Notes under the pieces: generated by a model
Database searches by the model: none
What the model saw: only the letters and a program-made list of their open reading frames with translations
Told to the model about the DNA's origin: nothing
In this document: piece after piece, positions 25,457-38,000 of the stretch
Layout: each line of letters opens with the position of its first letter
Numbering within the stretch: position 1 is the stretch's first letter
Source: Basidiobolus meristosporus CBS 931.73
Taxonomy: Eukaryota > Fungi > Basidiobolomycota
Length of the DNA: 64,000 nucleotides
Reading direction: 5' to 3'
NCBI GenBank assembly: GCA_002104905.1
Contig: MCFE01000177.1
Span: 62,001 to 126,000 of the forward strand
Program-made: the position numbers and the translations under genes

Positions 25457-28400
25457 ATTGCAAGGCTATAAAGTACTGCACTAGCCATCAATCAAGTGCA
25501 ATCATATCCAATATATTTGATGGTTTACATTAGAAGCTGCTAAAAAGCAAAGGCTACTTTCAAGGTATTTGCTACCATGCCTTTGCCTTACACTGTGCCA
25601 GCTAATCCTGAGGGTCACTGATTCTCATCAGCTGGTATCTGCTACCTATCTTACAGTATCAGAGCAGAAATCTTGCAGTAGTCTCACTGCTAACTGGTCC
25701 TAAACTACCATCAAATCTGGATAGCTCCCTGTATCCAATACTGGAGGAGCTTTGTATGCTTTCCAGTGTGACAACAGTAAATGGCCATCATGTCAAAGCA
25801 CATATTAGTATTTGGACTGGAGATACCCCAGCCATTAGCAAGATATCTGGCACTTCTAGGCATGATTAATGGTATTGCTGTCAAATGTGTGAGAACAAGG
25901 GCGTTACTTCATAACTCACACGCATTATTATTATCCAAATATCAACACTAAGAACATCATCTTGCTACAAAGAAAATGTACAGAAATCAGCATGCAATTT
26001 CAGTAAAGTTAGCAAGCTGTAAGCCATTGGCTGGAATATGGAATTAATTGCAAGCTTGAGATACTTAAGATAGAGGGTATATGTTGGAGTAAAAGCTTAC
26101 CACTGAGAGCAATGCATTTGCATTTCACTATATTCCTATACTGATGGCCAAGTTGTACATGGGGCATTTCAAGCAATATGAGCCCTTTGAGATAATAGAG
26201 CAATTTGAAGGAATGGGCAAGATATTACAAAGTATCTGCTGCCCTAAGAGCTTCTCATAGGCTCCAAGTAGTGCTCATATGCATATGCAACAATACAAGT
26301 ACAAGGACTGGATGAATTAAATATGTCCTTATTCAGGTGGCTGTCAGAATACACTTCTACTAAGAGTACATTGGAAGCATTGGGGGTCATATGTGGACAT
26401 TGCAGGAATATTTATCCAGAAGCATATCACCAATGCCAACTTGACACATATACAGTTTTTGTGGAGGGAGCTTGTCACAGGACTTGAGTGACTATACTAC
26501 AAGCATTAAGCTGAGACACAGATCTCTGCTTCTACTGTATCCTTTCTCCACTCCATCTTGCTTGGTGTGTGGAGAATATTGGGCTGTGCTTCACCTTTTG
26601 GGAGCTTCCTATGGAGCACATGTGTGGGGCAGTAAGAAGATAAGTCAAGTGGCAGGTACTACCATATCCCAGTCTCATCAAGAATATTAGCTTCAGGTCT
26701 GTCATGGATGTGACGAGTTGGCGCATAGAGGACAGCCAAGAAGAGTTGGAAAATATTGCAGACAGATGTGCATATGGAGACACTAATACTTATGGTATTG
26801 AGAAGCTAAGCAGCCCCAACGTGTGGGCAATCAGTCAAATATTGCAAAGTTGGATTGAGTGCAACAAGCAACTAATTTGTATTGCAAAAACTCTACTAAA
26901 GTATGCTAAGAAAACCAAGTTCCTTCTAGAAAGTTCTACTACATTATAGCAACCTCTTGGAAGCCTCAAGTCAATGTAACTTAATGAAACATTCTACAGA
27001 ATCTTCCCATAGGATTTATATAGTCCCATACCTTATGTGGTGGTTACATGCCATATGACCTGGTCACATGATCAGCCAACCCCTGACATATCCCCATTTC
27101 ATAAGCTAATATGTTCTTTAGTATATTTCTGTCTTGGCACACTTATTATGCCTCACCCCTTGAACCCCATCAGTATTAGCCAATATCTCTTGGCATCCAT
27201 ATTACCAAAAAGTATTTATAGTCTTATCCCCCCTTATGTATTCCTCAGTCTGATAAACACAGGTCTTGAATAAAAAGTCTAGCCTTGGAAATCTGCCTTG
27301 CCTTGTTGATCCACACCTAATTCCTTTCCTAGTATGGCCTTGCCTAGCCCTAGTCTCCTGCCTTGTGTCTATCCATAACAGCTTTATCAAATTACTCTTG
27401 ACTTATCTGTGGATCTCTGCCTTTGACCCACAGTTCTTGAGAAGAACTTGTAAAGGAATAACCACCATAAGCATCACCCTGAATTTTTTTCTAGTCTAGT
27501 CCTCTAAAGGCAAAGTTACTTTTCTTTGTAAAATTTTTGGGCCAAGCTGCATTTATTTTATTACCCTGCTGGTGTAGTTTACAGTTGTTACAGCGTTAGA
27601 AGCTTTAGTACAATACTCTATTAAAGGAAGTTAAAGCCAGTACCTTCTGAAGTGACACTAACTTATTCAAAGTTGGAGATTGTAGCTCAATAATTATATT
27701 CTTGACTAACTAGTGGCTTTATAACCCACATATTAGCCAGTAGTATTGGGTATTCTTGAACAAGCTCAAGAAACCTTTCTACCTCCTGCAACCCCAACAT
27801 GTCCAGTATAGAGTATAACTTTGCAAGTGTCATGGCTGCCATTGCCCAGTAGCAACAACACAATACATATCTCTGAAACACTGTTGCTCAGCTTTAGAGC
27901 CAAAATACTCAACAGTCTATCCATACTCCCTCCTACCATGACCCCAAGATCACTTCCACTACCAAGTTCAGTGGCTCCTAAAATGAGTTCCAAGGTTTCA
28001 TCAACATAGTCAAACACCACTTGTTGCTATAACCCAATTGGTTCCCAACAGATCAAGCAGAAGTTGGATGCACCTCCAATTTACTCACTGAAACTGCCCA
28101 GAAATAGTTCTCCCCTCTACTCAGTGACTACCAGGCCTTCCTCACAGAAATGGAGCTAACATTTGGCAACATTGACCAAGCCAGGACTGCTGCCAACAAG
28201 ATCAAGAACATGAAGCAAGGAAACAGACCTGCATCTGCCTTTGCTTCTGAATTCTGCCTACTAACCAGTGACTTAAGCATTTGGGGTGATGCTGCCATAA
28301 CTAGTCAGTTTCAAGATGGACTTAATGATGAAGTCAGTGACCTACTACTCACACTCCCTGACCCAACTACCTTGGGTGAAGCTATATATCAAGCAAACCA

Positions 28401-29669
28401 ATATGACAAATGACTTTTCCAGAAGAAACAAAAGTTCTGGCATACTCACCAGCCAACCCCCTTCCCAGTAATCCAGTCACCCAGTACTAATCCTGATGAT
28501 CCTATGCAGCTTGACAGTGCCAAATACAAGAAACATACAAAAGAAGAAAGGTCCAGGGGTCAACAGGCAAACCTCTGCCTTTACAGTGCCCAACCATGCC
28601 ATTTTGTCAAGTCATGTCCCAACAAGAAGTCCAGCTTCAGACTCTTGCAATCATCAAGTAGACAGCATTCTCCACAGTTTGTGGGAAACACCGGTATCCA
28701 GTTACAATAACAGGCTTGTAACTGGACCCTCCAATGAAAATTCAACACATTCAAGAAATATCCTACGCTACCAAGTCCATCCAGTCCTTAAGAATGCCTG
28801 TCAACATTCATATCCCTGAATCCAGTCCTGTCCATGACCTTGCCCTCATAGATTCTGGTGCTTCCTCCAGTTTCATTGATCAGTTCTTTGTCCAGAAGCA
28901 CAAAATCCCCACTATCCTGAAATCCTGTCCTGTCCAAGTAGCAGTATTTGATGGAAGATCTCTCTCCTCTGGTGCTGTTACCCATGAGACATGTCTACTC
29001 CAGCTGTCCAGTACTGGTCACCAGAAGAAACTAGCCTTTAACATCATCAACCCTCTCAACTACTCCATAGTCCTTGGAAGCTCATGACTTGGTCACCATA
29101 ACCTAGCTATCATCTGGAAGACCAAAACCCTGACATTTTCCAGAGTCCATTGGGTCAACTCCGTGAAAGCACCTGACTTCTCAGGTCAAGAAGTATCTTT
29201 CCCCAAGCTACACCGGATGCAAGAACCCAGCATTACTGAAGGAACCCCCTCCAATGGAATGCCCACCAAGTACCAAGAGTTTACCCATGTCTTTGATAAG
29301 AGAGCAGAACTATTCCTAGCACATAGACCCTATGACTGTCCCATTGACCTTGAAGATGGATAAACCCCACCTTTTGGCCTTACCTATAACCTCTTGCAAC
29401 CTGAGTTGAACAAACTCCATGGCCATTTCCAAGAAAACCTCCATAAAGGTTTTATTCAGCACTCTAAGTCCCCAGGTGGTGCCCCAATCCTCTTTGTTGA
29501 ACAAAAGGATGGTACCCTAAGAATGTGTGTAGACTACTGTGCACTGAATAAGATCACAATCAAGAGCTGGTACCCTTTGCCCCTGATCAGCACCCTGTTG
29601 GATCAATTTTCTGCTGCCAAAGTGTTTACTAAAATTGGGCTCAGAGGAGCTTATAATCTTGTCAGGATT

Positions 29670-30912
29670 TGTGGTAATGGAAAGTATTCCATTACTACAA
29701 TATCTCTGAACCAATATTGCACTCATTTCTTTATTTTGCTTTTTGCTATCGTAACACACAAGTGAAAGATCAAGAATTTCCAACTTTGAAGAACAAATGC
29801 TCCAGACCCTGACAAGCAATCCACCCAAGAATATTATGCCATATAGAACACGTAGTAGCCAACACATGTTTCAAATTACAGCTCATTTGAAGCAGTACTT
29901 AAGGAGTTATGACCAAAAGAGTCTAACTATTATATATACCATGCCTTATTGCTAGGATTACTATGGTGACTTTGATCACGTGTAACTTTCAAACCAGCCA
30001 ATCAAATCACGTAAAATTTTCACAGGTGCTGCGCCTATGTCCGATCTGGGCCACTGCAAAATTTTAGCTTTGTATCACGTGTATTGCTTGCGCAATCACC
30101 CAAAAACTTTGATCCTTCAAAATTTTCATATATATGACTTCCCCAGCTGAAAAATAAGGAGAGAGCATCTCTTTCCAGAATCTCCACACTACAATTACAA
30201 GTTTAAAGGTTATAAGACTTCCCCTGCATCACTTGCACTGTTGAGTATTTTGACTTTGATCAGTACTACATCAGTAAAGAGACTGCAAAGCTCACAAGAA
30301 TCCAATCTAAGTTCTACAAGAAACTACCACTTTTCTGTCGGGAAAGTCCCCTCTAAGAAGCCCCTTTACTCTAAAGACACCCCTTTAGATACCCCTTTAG
30401 TCTAAAGACCCCTTTAGAGACCCCTTTAAGAAACCCCTTTACTCTAAAGAAGCCCCTTTAGGCACCCCTTTAGTGTAAAGTCCACTTTAGAGACCACTAC
30501 AAGAAGCCCCTTTACTCTAAAGACACCCCTTTAGTCACCCCTTTAGGTCTAAAGACCCCTTTAGAGACTTCTACAACACACCCCTTTAGGTTAAAGGGGA
30601 GTTCAGAATTTCCATATTAGGAAATATTTTCTCAGAAAGGAAAGTGACTTCTAAATAAGGAAAAGTTACTATAAAAGTAAATAAGCCCATTAGTCAACAG
30701 AAGGTCAGAACACTGCTGTAGAAGTGATAAACACTGCCTACAGTATATTTTGAGCCCAAGATTGAGGAAATTAGTGAAAGTTATATCTTCTATTGGTATA
30801 TTAAACTCCCAATTAACTATTTCAGTATTAGCATACTGGAAGTTGTTGTATATTGTTGATTAGCCTCTACATTGTAGAACAAGCCCCAAACTAATCATAA
30901 TACAACACAACA
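29670..30912. repeat. Solo LTR of an unrelated family (1243 bp) inserted in the chromovirus RT
   Basis: TGT...ACA termini and 4-bp TSD GATT at 29666-29669 and 30913-30916. Excision restores [14 protein letters not shown]. Confidence 0.9.
30345..30600. repeat. Minisatellite with CCCCTTTA core and 73-bp higher-order unit (x3)
   Basis: aagaa(g/a)cccctttactctaaaga recurs at 30355, 30428 and 30501. There are 14 CCCC runs. Confidence 0.9.
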
Positions 30913-33799
30913 GATTGAGCCTGGCAATCAATGGAAAACTGCCTTCAGAACAAGATATGGTCACTTTGAATATAAAGTAATGCCAACTGGCCTCATCAAT
31001 GCCCCAGCTGTCTGAGGGACTAGGTTATCTTATAAGCTTAAATAGAACAAGAATGGACCCCAAGAAAGTAGAGTCATTCAATCCTGGCAAACTCCCTGCT
31101 CTGTAAAAGAAACCAATCCTTCTTTGTATTTGCCAACTTCAACCGCAGATTCATTGCCTACTACTCCAAGATAGTCACTCCCTTTACAAAGCTCACCCAG
31201 AAAAATCTGCCCTTTGCCTGGCATAAGGAACAGTCTGAGTCCTTTGATTTTATCAAGAAATCCTTCCTGTGTGCCCCACTGCTTGCCCACCCTGACCCTG
31301 AGAGACCTTTTATCATAGAAAACTGATGCCTCTGACTTTGCCCTTGGTGCCATCCTTTCCCAGCATGATGACAAGAATGTGCTACACCATATTGCATTCA
31401 CCTGCAAAAATTCACTCCAGCTGAAGTAAACTATGACATATATGACAAGGACCTACTTGCAATCAGTGTTACCTTTGAACAATGGAGACACTATCTTGAT
31501 GGTGCAGCTCAAAAGATAAAAATCTTTTGTGACCACAAGAACCTTGAGTACTTTACCACCTCAAAAGTACTGAACCAGACCTGTTCAGAATGATGGAGTA
31601 TTCCCTTGAAGAAGGGGATGATGCCAGTTTGCAAATGAAAAACCCTGTACTTAACAAAAGACATTTTGAGCTCCTTGCAACCCAGTCCTCCAGTTTCATA
31701 GCTCCTCTTCTCCTTGAGAAAGTCAAGACCAGCCAAGCCACCAACTCCACAGCAGCAACAATCAAGAAATACCTCAAGTCTCCCACAGACCCACTACCCA
31801 AGTTCCCAAACCTCCAGCACCTACATCTAGTCAATGATATCATCTATCACTGGCACCAACTGTTTGTCCCAGACCTTGATACCCAGTTGGATATCATCCA
31901 CTCTTGCCATGATAAAATGGCTGCAGAACATTTTGGTACTGCCAAAACTATGAATGAAATCAAGAGAGACTTCTGGTGACCCAAGATGATATCCCTTGTC
32001 AAGAAGTACCTCCAATCCTGTGACACATGTTATTGTGCAAAATCTGCCAGACACCAGCCATATGGACTTCTTCAACCCTTGCCAGTTCCTAACCAGCAAT
32101 GGAAGTCAATTTCAATGGACTTCATAAGCAACCACCCAGAGTCCAACAAATTTACTTCAGTCCTGGTAGTGGCAGATAGACTCACAAAGATGGCTCACTT
32201 CATTCCCTGCTCCAAGAATATAGATGCCAAGGAGACTGCCCACCTAGTAATCAAGAACATTTTCTGGCTCCATGGTTTCTCAAGTGATACTGTGTTGGAT
32301 AGAGGACCCAAGCTCATATCAAAATTCTGGAAATACTTTGTGCACTATCTTGGTGTGCAAGTCAAGCTCTCAACTGCTTCTCATCTGCAGTCAGATGGTC
32401 AGACAGAGAGAAATAACCAGATCCTTGAACAATACCTCTGGTGCTATATCACTATCAGCAAGGCAACTGGACCCTGCTGCTACCACTTGCAGAATTTGCC
32501 TATAACAACTCATGTCATAGTGCAACTGGTCTCACACTATTCTTTGCAAATTATGGTTTCATCTGCAATTTGATATTCAGATTTCAACACGCCCTATGAG
32601 CCCCTCAGCAGCTGAACATGTGTCAGCAATTCTAGAAATCTAAGAAACACTCTAGAGAGAACTCTCCTTATCCCATGAGGGGTACAAGAAGCTTGCAGAC
32701 AACAAACAGTAGCCTAGCCCCAAGCTTAATGAAGGAGATTCAGTATGGCTCTTGAGAAGAAGCATTGTTACCAGCTACCCTTGTGACAATTTAGACTATG
32801 AGAAACTAGGGCCATTGAAGAAGAAGAAGAAGCTTGGTCCAATTTTATACCAACTACAGTTGCCACCAAGTATGAAAATCCATGACACATTCCACGTCTC
32901 CCTACTAGAACCCTTCCATGAAAGTACTCTACCTAACTGGCACCCAGTAAATCCCCTAGCCATCCAAGTAGACAAACACCAAGAGTTTGAAGTTCAGCAA
33001 GTGTTGGATTCAAAGTAAATCAGATCCCACCTTTACTATCTGGTGGACTGGGTGGGTTATGGCCCAAATGATCAAACTTGGAAACCAGCAGCTAACCTAA
33101 CAAACTGCCAAGATCTAGTTGCGCTATTTCACCAGACATACCCTTACAAGCCAAAGCCAAAAGCTTGAGGAGAGCCCCTTAAAAGAGGAGAAGAGTGTCT
33201 CAATCACATGTCATCCCTGGCCTCCAATTTTCAAGCCAAATCAAGTCAGCAAAGAAATCCAAGTTCCTTTTAGAAAGTTCTACTACATTAGAGCAACTTT
33301 TTGAAAGCTCAAAGTCATCATCACACAATGAAACATTCTATGGAAGCTTTCCATTGGAATTTATGTAGTCCAATACCCTATATTGTAATTACATATCATA
33401 TGACCTGGTCATGTGATCAGCCAGCCCCTGACATATCCCCATGTGATATTCTAGCTTGTTTGTTAGTATATTTCTGTCTTGGCACTCTTACTGTGCATCA
33501 CCCCAGAACCCCATTGGTATTAGCCAATATCTCTTGGCATCCATATTGCCAAAAAGTATTTATAGTCCTATCCCCCCTTATGTATTCCTCAGTCTGATAA
33601 ACACAGGTCTTGAATAAACAGTCTTGCCTTGGAAATCCTCCTTGCCTTGAAAACACAACTTGCCTTGTTGATCTACACCTAAGTCCTTTCCTGGTCCTGC
33701 CTTGCCTAACCCTACTCTCCTACCTTGTGTCTATTCATAATAAATACTGCATCTTGAATATGGAACTTGATGATGACATAATGCTGATAAAGCTGCCTA

Positions 33800-34630
33800 T
33801 TTCAAGCTAGGTAAAGTTAGTCCATTCTAGTTAGCCATTTACATGGATAATCTTTTTGCAGATTCCAATAACCAAGAAGTATCACAAGAAGCTAAATACA
33901 GCTTTTGTAAGGAGCTCAGCATCTCTGATACTCAAGGGCTTGGTTACTTCTTGGGGATACAGTTTTCCATACACTGAAACACCTAATCACACAGCTTAAG
34001 CCAGACCTGGTATTGTCAAGATATATTTCAGATGTACCAAATGATAATGTTTAGAAAGGCAGTCTCCATAGTGGAGACAAGCCTTAGACTGGTTGGTACT
34101 CAGCTAAATCCAGTAAGCTTGGTGCCATCTGTAAGCTTAGATTTCTCCAGCCACCTCCAAGCTGGTAGCTTGCTATACATCAAACCTAGAACATGCTGAG
34201 ATATTTCATATTCAATGGGAGTTGTCAACTGGTATATTCAGAGCCATGAATCAAATCATAGAGTAGTAGCTGAGTGAATCTGTAGGGAGAGTTTTAGAGA
34301 GAGAGGAAGTGATTGCAAGAACAAGTAGACTTTGTGGCTTTCACTTGATGGTTTTTAAATGTAAAAGTAGTATTTATACTTTTGCATGGTCTTGGCATAA
34401 CTAACATGTGAATATGAGTATATAGGTCCCAGAAGTATATGCGTAAAGTTTGGGGCTGCTTGGACAACTTTGAGAATCTTCATGTTCTAGGTACCTAGTG
34501 TTATGATGAAAACTTTCTAAGTAAACTTCAACAAGGAATATGGTCAGTATTTTCTAAGATTTGTAGGTAATAATCCAACTAACTGAATTTGGTGAATAAT
34601 CAGATGGAATTTTGAATTTTTATATCAGAA
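33800..34630. mobile_element. Old Copia B debris: RT fragment (+) and inverted LTR (~34281-34627, -)
   Basis: 34070-34140 resembles 59905-59980. 34281-34627 is a diverged reverse complement of the 349-bp Copia B LTR. Confidence 0.65.
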
Positions 34631-35034
34631 TTTTCAGATATTTCAAATGAACAGCTGATATATGCCAAGGATTAACCTAAAAGAATGTGGTGCACAATCT
34701 TTGGGAGTACACTTATGCTGATTGATTATGAGAACAGAAGACACACATTGCGCCACAGGATACACCTGACTCTACTACAAAGGAGCAGCTAATCATCATT
34801 CCATTTTGCAACCAGCTGTAGTATTATGCACCATGGTAGCATATCTTATGGCAGCCTGTGATGCTACAAGGCTCTATTGAAAATTTGCAGTTGGAGCTCA
34901 CTGGATTTAGGCAGCCATTCAGTAGAAATTAATGGTATTTTGCTGGTATTCAGCTTGTGTTTCTGCTTCAAACTTTAGTTAAAATATTTGGTGGGAGTAT
35001 TGAGTAGCTGATAGCTTATATATATGCTAGTTAA

Positions 35035-38000
35035 TGTTGAAAAAGCTCATAATTCTGCCTAAATACTATCCTAAATTAGTCACTTATATCATTACCTTCA
35101 AATCTTAGGGAATACTGATCAAATTTCTTGTCAGGATTTACTTAAATTATTTTTGCTAAAATAGCAGATACCCATAACAAGAAAATTCTCAAAGTTGTCC
35201 AAACAGCCCCAAGCTTTGCACACATGTTCTGGGAACCTTTCTGAATCTATTCTACTTGTTTGCAATGCCAAGCCATGTAAAAGTATAAATACTACTTTTA
35301 CATTCAATATATCATTAAGTGAAACCACATAATCTACTTGTTCTTCTAATCACTTCCAATATCTCCAAGACTCTTGCAACAGGTTATGAGCCCTGAGCTG
35401 TCACTCTCTGCAGTATCTACTACTGCTATTACTGGAATTTTCTCCTGTGCTGAAAACTTGGAAATTCTTCATTACAAAGTTACTGCCTGGAGAAGAACTG
35501 TAAAATCTAATTAGGAGAATTACCCTGCTGGTGAATAAGATGAAATTTATGGGCATACTAACTACTGATGAAAATGTGTTAGTAACCTTCCTCAATAGCC
35601 TGACAGACAGGCTTCAGGGCCTTACATCATCCCTAGAGTCCAGAACCAAAGATTTGACCTTAAATCATGTATATGGAAGGTGCCTGGATGAAGAATTAAG
35701 AAAATTAAGTGCCAACAAGAAGGAAGAAGAAAATGCTTTAATAAGCAGCAATAAAAAACAAAGGAGATACCCATGACCTTTTAAAGGCAATATCAACCTG
35801 TTTTGCCACTACTGCAAAAGGAATGGACACATGTCACACTGGTGCATCAAAAGAGAGATAGTCAGCAGAAAAAGCCTGAATATGGAAATGCTGTAACAAC
35901 TGAAGATAGACTATTCATATCTGCACAGACTATGGTCACAAATAAGAATTCTTAGATGTGGTATATTGACTCTGGAGCATATCAACACTTTACACACAAA
36001 AAACAACTTTTTACCCAATACCTAAAAATTCCAATTAAGAAGGTTTTCATGGGTGACAGTAGAACACTTAATTCAGTGGGAGAAGGAACTATTGAAGTGA
36101 ACCTTAGAAGCAGCAAAGAAAGCTGTACACTAACCTTTAAAGAAGTACTCTATGTACCAGAAATAGTTAAGAACCTACTATCTGTAAGCAAGGCCACAGC
36201 AGAAGGACTCAGTTTCATCTTTGACATTGTGGATGCAGGATCACTGATCAAAATGGTGCCCATATTGATTCAGGTATCAGAGATCAGAATTTATACAAGT
36301 TGACTTATATTCCATCATATGTGGAAGCCACTATGAGTAACTTAACTTAAGAAACACCAATGATATGACCCAGGACATTTGGGCACATCATTTTTGATCA
36401 ATTATGCAAAATGATCAAAGATCAGCTAGTTTCTGGCGTAAAATTGAATCCCCATCTAGTTTGGATCACTGTGTAGCCTGCATAAATGGGAAACAAGCCA
36501 GACAACTGTTCAAGAGCTCTGGTGTAATCAAAACCAAGAAAAAACAAGATCTTATTAACTCAGATCTGTGTGGACATATAAAATTTATCCTTAGGCGGAT
36601 TAAAGTATTCAATCACTGTTATTGATGATTATACAAGATGAATGTGGGTCTACTTCATGGAGAGAGCAGAAGTTGCTCTCTCTAAGTTCAGGGAGTCTAA
36701 AGCCATGGTGGAGAGTGAAACTGGTGAAAAAATCAAGAAAATACACTCTGTCAATGGTAGAGAATATACATCAAAACTCTTCACCCACTTCTGAAAATTC
36801 ATGGGATAAAGCCAGAGACTACTGTACCATACTCCCCACAGCAAAATGGAGTAGTAGATTATGTAAACAGAGCAACAATAGATACGGCAGGATCTGATAT
36901 CCATATTCAAAAATTATCCCATGATTTTTGGGTGAATCAGTTGCCACTGTAGTATACCTTAAAAATAGGAGTTATAACAGAATACTTTGTGAATCTACTC
37001 CATCTGAAGCAAGGTATGTATACAGACTAATTGCAGAACATCTAAGAATATTTGGGTGTACAGCATATGCAAAGAAACTACCTGGAAATCAGTCATTATG
37101 TGAACCAAAAAGTGAAAAACACATATTTTTAGGTTACTGCAATGAGAGTAAAGCATACAGACTCTAAAATGGCAAAGTAAAGAAGCTAATCAAGTCCAGG
37201 GATGTACTGTTTGAGGAAAAATCAAAATTATCACAAAAAATGTTACCAGATGATGATGAATATTTGATCTCAAGTCCACTAATAGTCAGAATTGAATCAG
37301 AGCAAAACAATGACAACTGTTTCACTGCAGAGGACTCTGCAGCCATGATTTAGCCTGAATCAGTGTCCAGGAATATTGCAGAAGTGATCACTCTAGTATC
37401 AAATGCCTGGAGATCCAACTGGACAAGAAAGTGCCCAAATTCCTATATTAATGAGGGTACAAACATAGCCTGTGCATATTCAGTCCATAATGATGATCCC
37501 CAGACTGTAAAAGAGTCCCTTAGTAACCCTCAGACAGAGTTTTGGAGATCTGTAATGACTGAGGAATGCCAGGCCCTGATGAACAATCAAACTTGGGACT
37601 TAGTCAAATTACCAATCAACTAAAAATCATTTTGATGCAGATGGGTCTTCAAGACAAAAACAAGGCTTACGGTGTAGTGGGGTGACAGTGACACCCACTG
37701 ACAGATGTGCTCATTCCCTTATTTTCTACTTCCCTATATCTCCACTACACTTATTTTAGTTTTATCCCATTTGTCTTACCCAATCAGTACTGTCCCATAA
37801 GCCGGTTGACTATGACACCTGCTTACCTTATTGCATAAGTTAACCCTCTCTTTATGTAAGATTACTAGCTATAAGTACTTCTATATTAGGCAAGTACCCG
37901 TGCCAGTACCCGTGACACATGATCAGCCCGTGTCACCATCCCTGCCATTTCCATACCATATATGGTATCCCCATGTTACACAGGTTTCAGAATACTGATT

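Larger units (their letters stand above)
23250..26880 (+). pseudogene. CACTA/EnSpm-type (Transposase_21-like) transposase fossil, interrupted by foldback copies C and D
   Basis: 25651-25902 translates to LQYQSRNLAVVSLLTGPKLPSNLDSSLYPILEELCML...WTGDTPAISKISGTSRHD*WYCCQMC. This fits the family pattern GPK.P..LD..L.P..EEL / GD.PA..K..G...H...C..C. Outer limits are approximate. Confidence 0.7.
27799..33168 (+). pseudogene. Chromovirus gag-pol with many stops and frameshifts
   Basis: Gag ...KFSGS*NEFQGF..., RT GAYNLVRI|[19 protein letters not shown] (rejoined across the insert), chromodomain [38 protein letters not shown]. Confidence 0.88.
26905..33742 (+). mobile_element. Decayed chromovirus (Ty3/Gypsy with C-terminal chromodomain)
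   Basis: Direct repeats ~26905-27380 and ~33250-33742. PPT AAAAGAGGAGAAGAG at 33181-33195 is followed by TG at 33196. Gag from ATG 27799. Protease ALIDSGAS, RT, RNase H, integrase (WKSISMDFI) and chromodomain present. LTR limits are uncertain. Confidence 0.88.

Noticed and set aside
23607-25533. Repeated 76-111 aa ORFs (MGIEYQMHV..., MPNDAIVCQG...) that look like a small gene family
   Set aside because: They are the same foldback arm read on opposite strands. Copies A and B do not keep the frame and no domain is recognisable.
30345-30600. CRISPR-like or telomeric reading of the CCCCTTTA array
   Set aside because: No unique spacers and no cas genes in a eukaryotic context. The G-strand unit is TAAAGGGG-like, not TTAGGG or TTTAGGG, and it lies inside a TSD-bounded LTR.
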